A stretch of DNA of 64,000 bases from assembly GCA_951406725.2 (NCBI GenBank), contig OX597816.1, positions 83,204,001 to 83,268,000 on the forward strand, given 5' to 3'. The notes beneath the pieces are model-generated. The model had not been told where the DNA came from. It did not search any database and worked only from the letters and a program-made list of their open reading frames with translations. The position numbers were made by a program, and so were the translations under genes. This document shows, piece by piece, positions 51,586-64,000 of this stretch; the stretch's first letter is position 1, and each line of letters opens with the position of its first letter. The stretch is from Octopus vulgaris (lineage: Eukaryota).

Positions 51586-52869
51586 AGATATAAATCTAGA
51601 TATAAATTGTAAAATCAGGAACGTAGAATACAGCATGAGGGGCGTGTGACATCACTACAACTTTTATGGAAAGAGTAGCTTGTAGATGTGATGAAAGAAC
51701 CGACAACATTGAGTGGGTATAATGCAAACAGATCAGCAGCTATACTTTACAAACATGCATTAGACAAGCATGACGAATCGATAAATACTGTCGAGATATA
51801 TAAGTGCTATCCGCATGCTCACGCGATCCAACATTCAGGTAAATTAGCGAAGCAGTATCCATACAAAAAGTTGGCTGCTCTTTCAAATAGAAAGAGTAAG
51901 CTTGCAAGATACGTCATACCTTATAACAAATTAAACTCAGAAGCAGTGACGGCTCGTAGATAAGATTAGTGGGGGTGCTACTTCAGGAAATTTTTAGCCG
52001 CTGTTTTAATATTGTGTAAAAGGAAACAAACATATAAAAAGAAAATTTATACATATACAGTGGTGGTGCCCCAGCATGGCCGCGGCCTTCGGGCTAAAAC
52101 ATTTTTAAGGATTTAAGGATACTTGATCGGTTCACTGCCGGGTAGTGTTTAATTTAGTGTGCTTAATTTATCACATTCAAGAATATAAACACGTTTTTAA
52201 GCACAGTACACGCGGAGTCAAAAAGAAACACTACCTTCCACCGGAACAACTGGATCGGCACTGTCGTTCACGCAGTGCTCTAACCCCTTCGGACATGTGA
52301 GCATGCGCACAACAGCCAAACATCGCGTCGCTAGAACTGTGAAGCGTACAGTTCTAAACAAGGATTTTTGTATTTTTTTATAAACTAGGGGATGGCTACT
52401 GACATTAAGCGTAAGGATTATATAATGTACAAGTATAAAGAAAGAATTAAAGAAAAAAGAACTCATTATATTGAATGTTATCGATAATATAGAGTGGAAA
52501 TAGGGGGTGCTGCAGTTCCACAGTGCTTATAAACGAGCTGCCACTCATCAGAAGGTAAGGGCTGAAAGAGCGGGGTTTCTTCTCTGAAGACCTTTTGTTG
52601 TTCAGCTCTCTTGAGAGTTTCTTACATCTGCAATCTGCATTTCCATACGATCTGACAGTCATGTAGGTCAGTGAAGCGGTATTCATACGAAAAATTGATT
52701 TCTCTCTCAAACAGAAACAAAGAGTAAGCTAGCAATAAACCTAGCTAACTATCATACCCCAGACAAAATATAGTAGCAACTCAAATCCAATGATAATAAT
52801 ATTAATTAGCATATATTAATATTAATTACACAATAAAGCAGGGGAGAAAATTTGAGTTAATATAGTATA

Positions 52870-53082
52870 ATGGTTTCATATTTTGACACTATTTTGACAC
52901 AAGGTAAGGGGCTAGGTCGATTTCATCGACTCTAGTATTCAACTGATACTCATTTTATCGACCCCAAAAGGATGAAAAGCAAAGTCAATCCCAGCGGAAT
53001 ATGAACTCAGAACGTAAAGACGAACGAAATATCGCTTAGAATTTTGCCCGGCGTGGTAACGATTCAGTCAGCTAACTGCCTT
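52870..53082 (-). mobile_element. SINE family B
   Basis: AAAGGATGAAAAGCAAAGTCAA..TGAACTCAGAACGTAAAGAC. Confidence 0.8.
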
Positions 53083-54413
53083 AGAGTTAATATAGTAAAA
53101 TACAATACAGTGTAGTATAACACATTAAAGGGACGATATGTATATCATGCATGCGCGTCTGTTTACAATGCACGTACGTTTGAATGTGAGTATTTATATA
53201 TTACACAAACAGGCGCGTTTGTGCGTGCAAGAGTACACGTGTATATGTGTTCATGTTTGGCCGACATACGCATACTCAGCAACAGTCAAACAATCCATTC
53301 TTTTTGCTGTCGACGCCACTGCAACTTAGGCACCTTTGTATGTTTCATAAAACCATGAATCTGAATCTGGAATGTTCGTCGTCAAGATTCAGGTTAAACA
53401 AAGATCTTTTCGTTAGGATGACCAGTGTTTGCTCATTCATCTACTTTTCCTTTCTCCACGCCAGTGAAGTTGTCCAAAGGAAGAACAAAACCGACACAGC
53501 TTTGTCCCTGCGTCGTCGCTGGCGGAACAGACCCCGCAAAACATCCCGTCCGACGGTTTTTACAATACCACCGTGGACTGATACCAAAGTTTATCTTGGT
53601 AAGATTTGAACTCAGTACGCGCAAATAAATATCACAAAAGGATGTAATGGTTCTGCCAAATTACCGTCGAAGAGCTGCAGCTGCTGAAACTGACGTTAAG
53701 GGTAATGTTGTGTTGTTGCTGTTTAACACCAGGTAAGCCTTGATCCAGATGAGAGGTGATCAAAAATCAAGCCATGATCGTCTCGTATTTTCACAGATAC
53801 TGTGTTTCACATGTCCTTTCCTTTTTTTCGATAGTAAAGTAAGTTGTATTTAGAATGCGATACAGATGCTATTTCTCGCTTGTCGAACAGCTGCGTAGAT
53901 CGAATTCAATTCTTGTTTGCTCATATTACTCTTTTTAATGCATCGTTTGTTCGATCTCAAGACAGCTCTGATCAAACAGACCCATGGTTAGAGACGTTCC
54001 ATCCATAACAATTCTGACTTTTTCTTTTCCAGACATTTTATACTATGGCTTGCATTATCCAATATGTTTTTTTTACAAAAGAAAACGGTGTAATAATTTA
54101 GACAATTTATATAACTTTACATATATTGCGTGGAAACAATTGTAGTGATTAAAAAATAAATGTCCAACGACACTCCTTCTTGTTGACTCCAATGTTTTCA
54201 ATTATATATATTTCTTGTTGCTCTGCGATCATTTCATTATCTGACATGTGGCACATGGTGCAGCTGTACAGATAATGTCAGCTTGATATAGTGAGTGAAC
54301 ACGAACATTTGATCACTATAAACAAATCATCTGCGCGGTTGTTCAGCAAGAAATTGCCGAACCCTCATACGTCGTTTAATGACGGGGTAGTCCATGATGA
54401 TATGCATATATTT

Positions 54414-54532
<119 letters not shown>

Positions 54533-54554
54533 CATATACAACAATTTGGCAATA

Positions 54555-55020
54555 ATTACTATGGCAATTATTGCCTCAGGTAATGTCTAACTCAGTAACA
54601 CCCCTTGAAATAGTCTTTGAAGTAATGCATCAGGACATCATAGCGCTCTCAACTGGTATTTCTTGGAGGAATTTGCCTAGGTACTGTTTGAATGTAATGA
54701 GGTCTTTGTCTTTTAGATTTCTTTCTGGTTAACGTTGCATAAAAGATGGCCAGCTGAAATGAAAAGTTGCGTTATGTTGTTATGTAATGTGAGCTCAAGT
54801 TTAGTAACAAGCGTATGTTTCTGGAGTCAAGTCTTGTGAACTTAATATCTTCATCATTTTGACTATGTTAATGGACTATTTACTACTGAGTACAAATGAC
54901 AAAGCGCTCACACCGGAGTTGGGAAGAATGAAATTTGAACATTCTGACGCGATCTCATTATTTTTGTGATCGATGTCTGGGGTGTTATACTTGAAAATTA
55001 TTCAACCAATAGAATCTTGA
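54555..55020 (-). mobile_element. Decayed CR1/L2-group LINE 3' end
   Basis: DKDLITFKQYLGKFLQEIP; tail resembles family B. Confidence 0.6.
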
Positions 55021-55822
55021 TAGATTCCCGGTGAATCTCTATGCAAGAAATCTTGCTGCTACATCTAGCAGACCGACTGGCTGGCCTGTCGTCATCGTAG
55101 TTGCATAGTTGACGACATGGTCGTCGTTGTTGTCAGTGGTATTGTTGTCAGCTCAGCTTAACCGAGAAATCAATGGCTGGAATGTTGTTTGAATATGTAG
55201 TCACATTCTTTACTTTCTTAAGATCTTAATTTCATGCAATATGTCTGAAATGTCATCCATAGCAGAAGCCATTTGTCACACTGTTTCACCCTAAGTTATA
55301 ATCATTCCACCCCTATATCTCCCCCTCTCTTTCTCATTCTTTCACTTTCATTGCTCCTGCTTCTATTTTTCATAGACACACGCACATCTATGCAAGTTTA
55401 TGTATAGGTATATTAGTATACACGCATACATATACACATACATGTGTATGTATGTCTATATATACATATACGTATACATATACATATGTATGTATATATG
55501 CATTTGTGTATGTTTTTACATATATGTGTGAATGTATGTGCAGTTATATACGCATGAATGAGTGAACAAACGAAAGAAAGGCAAGTAGCGCCCAACACAC
55601 ATGGCTAGAATTACATATATTTAATAACAATTTGATATAGCTCCATATAAAGTTTTGTGTGTGTTGTACAGGTCCACCTCATCAGTCTCCAAATATCTGT
55701 TGATATGGAAATGTTCAACACTCAAGAAAGTTCGAGTAGTGTGCACCTGAGACAAATTGTTGTATATGTATATATATGTATATATATATATTTAAAAAAG
55801 GAGATGTGGAACACGAGTTGTG

Positions 55823-56143
55823 ATATATAAAAAAAGGAAATGAAGAAAATGCTGACAAAATAATTTAAGTAAGGGAGAGTGTATTTAATTAGGTGAAAGT
55901 TCTTTACCGGTTGCGCATTTATTATGCTTATCAAAAGATATTTTTTTAAGAGAGATAGAGTTTCTTTCTGATAGATTTTTTTTCTCTTTCTCCAGATAAG
56001 AGATAAAAAATCTATCAGAAAGAAACTCTATCTCTCTTAAAAAATATCTTTTGATAAGCATAACAAATGCGCAACCGGTAAAGAACTTTCATCTAATTAA
56101 ATACACTCTCCCTTACTTAAATTATTTTGTCAGCATTTTCTTC

Positions 56144-56156
<13 letters not shown>
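55823..56156. mobile_element. Fold-back PLE-type element with ~160-bp arms and an HHR-like motif in each arm
   Basis: Mirror ORFs 55722- and 56051+ confirm the symmetry; TA-flanked; the terminal GAAAATGCT..AAAATAATTT is shared with the element at 14731. Confidence 0.88.
56047..56084 (+). ncRNA. Hammerhead-like motif, U3-A8 with GCAA in place of GAAA (mirror copy 55901-55938 on -)
   Basis: TCTT-TTGATAA-GCAT AACAA ATGC-GCAA-CCGG-TA-AAGA. Confidence 0.65.
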
Positions 56157-56202
<46 letters not shown>

Positions 56203-56429
56203 TAGACGACGTATGAGGGTTCGGCAATTTCTTGCTGAACAACCACACAGATGATTTGTTTATAGTGATCAAATGTTCGTGTTCACTCACTATATCAAAT
56301 CGACATTATCCGTACAGCGGCACCATATGCCACATGTCAGATGATGAAATGATCGCAGAGTAACATGAAATATATATAATTGAAGACATTGGAGTCAACA
56401 AAGAGTGCGTTTGGACATTCATTTTTTAA

Positions 56430-56469
56430 TCACTACAATTGTTTCCATGTAACGTAGTTCTTCAGGCGA
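56430..56469 (-). ncRNA. Hammerhead-like motif with canonical core and damaged stem II
   Basis: Minus strand: TCGC-CTGAAGA-ACTACGTTACATG-GAAA-CAATTG-TA-GTGA; palindromic stem III ACAATTGT. Confidence 0.6.
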
Positions 56470-57239
56470 GCAAGTACTTGAGTATGCAACTGTTTCCCTG
56501 CATTATGAGATCTGGTTGAGTTTCCTCAGGCGATATGTAAATATTGTCTCCGTAAGTTCAAAATTCTCGGCTTCAAGAACATCCTCTCTGTCTGTCGTGG
56601 ACTGAATTTAATAGTAGTCACCGAGCTTATCAGCGTGTTTTGTTGGCAAACTGCTTTGAATGGGTAGATGTAGTGGGAAAGTGATTCTGCTACAGTTAAA
56701 GTAGTTGCCGTTTTAAAGGGATTGGCATTTGATTTCTTTGTACTTTTGATTTGTTCTTCATAGTCGGCCACACATGCGATTGTCCTTTGCTGACCTTTGA
56801 GATTCGGCCTATACGTACAGATACGTGTTGGTTCACATATATTTCCATATACGTACTAACGCTCAAACACCCCCCACACACACACATGCACACACGCATA
56901 CACGTATGTACTCACACACATAAACATATATACACACATACAGACACACACACACATATATACATACACATATACACATATATACATATATAAACACCTA
57001 TACATACACGCACACATATACGGATATGTACGTGCATTCACATACATACACATATACAAATATATGGACATACATAGACGCGCACGCATTACATACACAG
57101 CTGCTAGTGTGTGCATACACTCACTTACACACATATAAATTGACTTATGTAGGTACACACATGCATGCATAGTAAACATGCGGACAGGCACGCATACGTA
57201 TATATAGAGAAATACAACCTGACACACACTCACATAGAT

Positions 57240-57620
57240 AGGGGGAAGAGATTAAAAGAAGGAAAAATAAAATGCGAAACAGAATGGTCAGTAATAAAAA
57301 ATGTACATCCATATATTACACTATCCGGCGTATGTGACCTGTGCCTTAAGGCTGCTTTGTGCATCCTGTTAAGTGATGAAAACTTGGTAAACAAGCATGC
57401 AGAGAAAATACCGAGATAAGTAAAAGAAGGAAAAAGAAATATGAAATAGGATCGTCAATAATAAAAAATGCACACCCATACAATACACTATCTTGCGTGT
57501 GTGCCTTGTGCTTTGAGGAAGCCTTGTGCAACCTGTTAAGGAATGAAAACTTGGTAAACAAGCATGCTGACAAAATACCGAGATGTTGCCACCTCGCCAA
57601 ATATTTTCAAGATTCAGCAC
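57240..57620 (+). mobile_element. PLE GIY-YIG C-terminus relic, tandemly duplicated
   Basis: EWSVIKNVHPY..VCDLCLKAALCILL.DENLVNKHAE, then SSIIKNAHPY..VCALCFEEALC.LL.NENLVNKHADKIPRCCH. Confidence 0.75.
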
Positions 57621-57806
57621 AGTGAATAACAGTAACATTCGTCCTCATCAGGACTGTCACATTATGTTGGCAAATAATCTTTACTCTCTTTATATATATA
57701 CATATATGTGTAGTTAATCCAAACAAGAAAACACAAAAAACACAACAACGCGAGGACGTGGAACAAATATAGTATTATTGGACGCTCAGGAAAGAAGGGA
57801 AGGAGG

Positions 57807-57841
57807 GTTTAACGTTTCGAGTGGAGCTCTTCGTCGGAAAC
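57807..57841 (-). ncRNA. Hammerhead-like motif (U4C) in the 57715-57910 repeat
   Basis: Minus strand: GTTT-CCGACGA-A-GAG CTCCA CTC-GAAA-CG-TT-AAAC. Confidence 0.6.
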
Positions 57842-57926
57842 ATAGGAGAAGGAAAGATCCAGAGAAGGGAAGACAGAGGAAAAAAATCGCCAACGGTACA
57901 CACGAGGTCACATTGCGTTTGTGTGA

Positions 57927-57964
<38 letters not shown>

Positions 57965-58044
57965 TTGTGTATGTGTCCGAGCGTTTGTACGTATATAGAA
58001 GTATATGTAAACCAGTACGTATCTGTACGTAAAGTTCTCTATCA

Positions 58045-58396
58045 GGCGTGGCTGTGTGGTTAGAAGCTTGGTTCACAACCACCTGGTTCTGAGTTCAGTC
58101 CTACTGCATGGCACCTTGGGTAAGCGTCTTCTACAATAGCCTCGGACCGGCCAAAGCCATGTGAGTGGATTTGGAAACTTAACGAAGCCCGCCGTGTGTC
58201 TCCCACCACCGTTTGGCAACTGGCGTTGATGTGATTATGTCCCTGTAACCTAGCGTTTCGGCGTTGCAGACAGATAGAATAAGTAGTAGACTTTAAAACA
58301 AATAAGTCCTGGTGTCGATTCGGTCCATTAAAATCCTTCAAGGTGGTACTCCATCATGGCCGTAGTCAAATGACCGAAACAAGTTAAAGATAAAAG

Positions 58397-58398
<2 letters not shown>
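58045..58398 (+). mobile_element. SINE family A
   Basis: Head, core and GGTGGTACTCCATCATGGCCGTAGTCAAATGACCGAAAC tail. Confidence 0.85.
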
Positions 58399-58471
<73 letters not shown>

Positions 58472-59865
58472 ATTCTATTCTCTGCCTGTCCGTCTGTCTA
58501 TCTTCCTGTTTGCCTGTCTGCCTGCCTATCTGTCTATCTATCTGTCTACTCGCCTGTCTGCCTGTCTACGTGTAATACAGGCAAACAATGATTTATCCAT
58601 CAATCTAGCTGTTTATTAAGTCATACATACAATCTTACACGATTCATTTACTTGCTACTTGCTTTTGTTGACATCCTCTTACTGCTTCTCACTCTGTTTT
58701 TAACTCTCTCATTCACCTTCTCCCTTCTCCTCTCGGACACTGTGCTCCCCTCTTTCTTCCCATATACTTTCATCGTTTGTTTTATTGCTATCTTTTTTTT
58801 CTTCTCTTTTTCACTCCCCCCTTTTGCTTCTAGCTTCCCCTCTGTTGCACCTTATTTACAGTTCTGCTCTTATGTTAATCTGAGCAGGACCTTAAGCTTG
58901 TAATGACAGGGTTTCGCTCAAAATGATAGCGGGGTATGATGCAGAGGTGTGCGTGTATGTGCGTGTGTGCATACATTTATATTTTGTGTGTGCCTCTATA
59001 TATGTACTTAATATATGAATGCGTGTGTGTGTGTGTGTGTGTGTGTGCGTGCGTGTGTTACAGAGTGTTGCGTGGTGTGGGTTATTGAAAACTGCGCGGG
59101 GGAGAGGTACTCCCACTAACAGTACAAAGATAAGCCTGTGAGGGTCAGTAAGTTACAAATGCTCTGGCGTCAGTCGGTTAAAACACCACAGGGTGCTTGT
59201 GGTGGCGACACGTATCAGCTTACTCTTGTGAGACGGCAGTTTCCTTGTTAGATTATTTTTCTTTTGAATGCTTATTTTTTTCTTCTTCAATAGCCTTTTA
59301 TTCAATCTCTACCTCTCACCACATACCCACCACAGGTACAAGTAAATAATAGAAATAATACACAGATAAATAAATAAATATAGTATACAAAATAAATGAA
59401 CAAAACAAAACTATTGGTCTTCATATAATATATCAAAGATGACTTTACGATGTCTCTTTTAAAATTTACTTATTTATGATTGGTCTTTATTGTTGGTTAC
59501 CTTTATTGATATTGTCACCGTCGTCGTAGTTGTTTTTATTGTTGTTGAGCTTATTGTTGTTTTGTCTTGTGTTTTTGTTGCTTTTTTTAATATTATTTTT
59601 ACACTAGTCGTAAACTGATTTTATGGTATAAAGGCAGATGAAATATTGAGGTGTGATTCAATATTTTAAGATATTGCAGTGGTTTATTCGTTGTGTAATG
59701 CAGTGTAAAAAGACAGAAAAAAACACACACATACGCACACATAACCACATGCAGTCACACACTCACACACGCACATTCATTTGTAAGCAAACGCAAGCGC
59801 CCTTACATATAAATATATGTTAAGGCTTGAATGTTTTTACGAAGGACAGACTCATTAGCTTTCAG

Positions 59866-59930
59866 GTTTGGTGGCGTTAAGCGGATGAGATAAATCTCCG
59901 ATTTGGTATGCCGCTGGTGCAGCAATCCAG
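59866..59930 (+). other. Possible non-coding or UTR exon
   Basis: TAGCTTTCAG| acceptor and CAG|GTAAGA donor around a 65-bp GC-richer island; stops in all three frames. Confidence 0.2.
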
Positions 59931-61267
59931 GTAAGAAACATTGCCAGACGATGAGGGTTACAGTTTAGGTAAACTTACAGGTTCACAGATTTATACGACA
60001 GAAACGGTAGAGCATCGTACAAAACATTTTGTGATATTTCATTACCATCCTCATATGCAAGGAGTTCAAATTCCGCTAGGGTCGACTTTGTCTATAAATA
60101 CTGATGTTGAGTCAATTGAAGGTGTTGCCCCAGCATGGGCAAAGTCCAATGACAGAAAATATTAAAGAATAATATATGCTATGTATTCGTATTGAAAAAG
60201 GGAAGTTGGCCGAATGGATTGGGTAGTTGACAATCATCCGAAAAGTTGACGGTTCGTGTCCTCGAATCGGTACTGCGTTGAATACGTGACTAAGACAAGT
60301 CTTAATGACCGAGTACATTTACCTCAGATACTTTCTTAGACTCAATATTCGCGTCGGTGCAGAGAAGGAAATTGAAATTGTTACTGGTTCATGTGACATC
60401 AGAGTTTGTCCGAATAGCGGTGGTCCTGTATGGCACATAAGTAGGTACCAGCCCTCTTCTGCTTCACATATGCATTACCCACATAATTATCTTCTTTTAT
60501 TTGACTCAAAACTGGAGTCCTTTACAAGTGTTACGACCTTGGGCCGCGTGGGAGTAGAGATGACTTAGTAGTAACTCCATATTCTCCGAACATTCTCTCA
60601 TTTATCGTTTATCAACTCCACACACACGGCCCGAGGTTATAGAAGAAGATGCTTGGGCAAGGTTCTGCGCAGTGGGAGTGAACCCAGAACCATGAGGTTG
60701 GGAATCAAGTTTCTTACAACACAACCACGCCTGCGCCTATTGAGATGAAACAATTTTGCAAAAACTATACAAAATTTATTTAATTGTTTTACAGCTTAGT
60801 TGGTGATTTATGCCAAATGCAAATGTTTACAAATTTTCTGATTAGCAGTATTGCATTCCATGTTACGTTACTCGTTTAACAACCTTAATTACAGCTTTGA
60901 AAAAAATTGAATTCTCTTTTTTTAATCACATTTCGTTTCATTTTTTAAATTAAGTTTCAATGACTGAATTGAGTACACAGTCACACAAATACAAAACTAG
61001 TACATACACAGTCACACAAATACAAAACTAGTACATACACAGTCACAAACACGCACACGCACACGCACAATACACATATACACACATACATCCATACACT
61101 AACACACCTAGCAGGGCAAAGGACAATATGACATGTATTCTGCAAATTACGTATTGAAGTGGAATAGTGAAAATAGGCAAGATATTCTAAAGTACAGCAT
61201 GTATTTTTATACTGTTGTTTATGCTTATAGTGTCGTTATGGCTTCACAAATAAATAAATAAATACGC

Positions 61268-61435
61268 TCGCGCATGGCTGTGTGAGAAGAAGCTTGCTTC
61301 CCAGCCACATGGTTCCGGGTTCAGTCCCATTGCATGGCACTTTGGGCAAGTATCTTCTACTATAGCCTCGGGGCGATCAAAGGCTTGTGAGTGGATTTGG
61401 TAAATGGAAAGCTATCAAAGTTATCAAAATTATAA
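61268..61435 (+). mobile_element. SINE A head fused to a LINE B tail
   Basis: The SINE core ..GGATTTGGTAAATGGAAA runs into GCTATCAAAGTTATCAAA. Confidence 0.65.
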
Positions 61436-61441
61436 GTATAT

Positions 61442-61490
<49 letters not shown>

Positions 61491-61493
<3 letters not shown>

Positions 61494-61662
61494 GAGTTAG
61501 ACAAAATAATGGAAACATCTTAAAATTTCAAACAAATTTATTTTAATATGGGACTGCCTTTGGCAGTAATTACAGCTTGAATTCTATGAGGTATGGACTC
61601 GTACAAAGTTTGAATTGTCCCCAAAGGAATCTTTGTCCATTCTTCGGCTAAAACAGTCTCGA
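61491..61662 (-). mobile_element. Tc1 transposon 3' relic with TIR
   Basis: EEWTKIPLGTIQTLYESIPHRIQAVITAKG; terminus TA|CAGGAGTTAGACAAAATAATGGAAACA. Confidence 0.8.
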
Positions 61663-61694
61663 TTTCTGGTAGTGATAATGGTGGAGTATATCGA

Positions 61695-61800
61695 CTCCCT
61701 ACTTCTCAACACCGTTTCTCTCAATAGCAATGTTCCACCTTCGAATGAGAGTATGTATCCCTGCCTCGTAAAATTCTGTTGACTGTTCTTTGAATTTATC
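61695..61800 (-). mobile_element. Mariner C-terminal relic
   Basis: EFYEAGIHTLIRRWNIAIERNG. Confidence 0.7.
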
Positions 61801-62095
61801 AATAGGACACATTTGATTCTTACAGAAAAAAGAAGCGTAGCTTCATAATCCAAGTGGTACAGATAACTATCATATCTAGGATAAGAAAAATTTTCAAGAA
61901 CTTAAAATTTAGAAGTTGGATGATTGCGCAAAGAATGACAAAGATTATGAGATGCGCGTATATATATAGTTTTTACTACATATATTTCTTCCTAGTTTTT
62001 GTTTTTTATTTACTACCTTGCCACCGATACGGTAGCCGGCGGTGCAAATAAATTCTAAGGACCCCAACAAGGAAAAGGAAATAAACATACATGTA

Positions 62096-62190
62096 CGAGG
62101 GTGAGTCAAAAAGTAATGCCATTTTGTGTAGGTCAGGTATAATTACCAACACAAGAACATGTATCATACATCAAAATGATACTGGACCTC
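62096..62190. mobile_element. Mariner-type TIR fragment
   Basis: TA|CGAGGGTGAGTCAAAAAGTAATGCC. Confidence 0.55.
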
Positions 62191-62871
62191 GCATAGTAGA
62201 AGAAATCCACAGAAGAGAGAAAAGAGGAAGGAAGAAAAGATTGGAACGGAGAGTTCGTGTTGTCTGAAGAATAAATTAATGGAAATATAGATAATTCGTA
62301 AACTTTATTGAAGCGTGGCCTTTTTAGAGCGTTTTAAGTGCATTCTGCAAATTAGTTTGTCAGTGGGCAGCTGCATACTACACACATCGAAATGTTGAAC
62401 ACAACCATGGTCAACCTGTTGACTATCGGAGCAACTAATGAGCCTCTTGATGATCTGCACAATCTGCTAGAAATAGATACTAAATCTTCCTCAAATCACA
62501 TCCTACCCTCGAGTTACGACATACAGAATGTAGAAATTTTAATATATGGCATTCAGTTGGGCGAAGAATGTATCATAAATGCCATGAAGTTATGTTATGA
62601 TAGTACGAGATTCCTATCATAGTATCAGCTCCTTCTAAATTACGTGAAATACTCCGCACCGCCCTTATTTTTACCAATGTATTATTATCATTTATCTATC
62701 TTGACCTCCTGGCAACCCTTCCGGAAGGATGAAAGTTGACCCCCATCAAATCGAACTCATCACCCTCACGTAGCGAAACTGATAGTGTAAACTATACCGT
62801 TCCAGTTTCTATTATTGTGTATCTTTGTTTGTTTGTATGTATGTATGTATGTATGTATGTATGTATGTATG

Positions 62872-62902
<31 letters not shown>

Positions 62903-62915
62903 GTATGTGTGTGTG

Positions 62916-62946
<31 letters not shown>

Positions 62947-63579
62947 TGTTTGTATGTATATAACATATGTATGTAATTTTTGTATGTATATAACCTATGT
63001 ATTTAATGTGTGTATGTATGTAATGCATGAATGTATGAATGCATGCACGTATATATTATATGTTTATATGTACTGTATGTACGTTTTCTCTTCCTGATAA
63101 CAGTTTTAGAGTTTGTCATGGCCGCCCCACTGCCTAGTTGTAAGTTTGTATAGAAAATATATTAAAGAAATGGTAGAGATAGATGATCATTTCACATCCT
63201 TTTTTACAACTATTCACACTATTTTTAAATTGCGGATGTGTACATGATAGGCAAGTGATTTGATCTGAAACCAACTGTTGAAATTCAAACGATGGCAGCC
63301 TAGAAGGCAGTAGTCAAAATAAGTGTCATGCTGAATCTTCCTGAGAACTATTTTAAGGATAAGCGTATCTGTGGAGTGCTCAGCCGCTTGTACGTTAATT
63401 TCACAAGCAGGCTATTCTATTGAGCAGATCAGCTGGAACTCTCGTCATCGTAAGCGACGGAGTGCCCAGTATAAAGGCAGATTCTGTACTGAGGTCTTGC
63501 ATTGTAAAGGTGACGTTGCAAAGCATAAAGATTAAAGTTCTAGTTGAGCAAAAGTTAGCTGACATGGAGAACGGAAAGT

Positions 63580-63878
63580 CATCTGATTACTGGGTAAGGG
63601 TTCTCTGTATTCACCTGATGGATTACTACATGTGGAACACAATTGAGAAAGACACCAACCGCTCTGCCTGCAACAGTAAGAGTGACATGGTGGTCAATAT
63701 CAAGGAATGAAGAACGCATGCGCTAGGTTTCGGAGCCGTCTTGATGCCGCGGTGGAACCTGAAAACGACTGCATTGCGTAAACCATTATTTTTTTAATTT
63801 TCTAAAATACTTTATTTTTAGATAGGTTATTGCGTTTTCTTTTCCTTTTGTACAAAGTGTCAATCTTATCCCAAACAC

Positions 63879-63882
<4 letters not shown>
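63580..63882 (+). mobile_element. Tc1/mariner (maT/rosa-like) 3' relic
   Basis: MDYYMWNTIEKDTNR, ACARFRSRLDAAVE; ends ..CAAACACCCTG. Confidence 0.7.
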
Positions 63883-63928
<46 letters not shown>

Positions 63929-64000
63929 TGTGTGTGTGTGTGTGCGTGCGTGTTGTGCGCTTCATAGAGCTGTAAGAGCTTGTAATTCTTACCTATAGCA

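Noticed and set aside
57627-57658. Minus-strand ACAGT-C-CTGATGAGGACGAATGTT-ACTGT as a hammerhead
   Set aside because: No stem II and no GAAA; at best a deleted relic.
60974-61047. 31-bp tandem duplication
   Set aside because: Ordinary slippage in CA-rich sequence.

Overview
AT-rich, microsatellite-saturated animal genomic DNA, either intronic or intergenic. The repeat content ((TA)n, (CA)n, (TATG)n, (TATC)n and (AAT)n tracts, very abundant tRNA-derived SINEs, CR1/L2, RTE and Dong/R4 LINE fragments, mariner/Tc1 relics, a non-autonomous Helitron) is what I associate with octopus genomes; that assignment is inference. No host protein-coding gene can be called with confidence, and nearly all ORFs in the track are microsatellite translations. 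The most striking signal is about a dozen type I hammerhead ribozyme (HHR) motifs, read by eye on both strands. They sit in Penelope-like element (PLE) fragments that are mostly embedded in (TA)n tracts and often arranged as fold-back palindromes. They include a canonical-core HHR inside a near-perfect palindrome (14019-14069), three independent U3-A8 core variants, a dimer-type HHR (47986-48023) and a tRNA-headed SINE with a decayed HHR tail (29375-30160). Also notable are a ~550-bp non-coding element found only in (AAT)n, a structured RNA candidate downstream of a PLE GIY-YIG ORF, and a 3' tail shared by a LINE and a SINE. Most repeat boundaries are approximate to within tens of bases.
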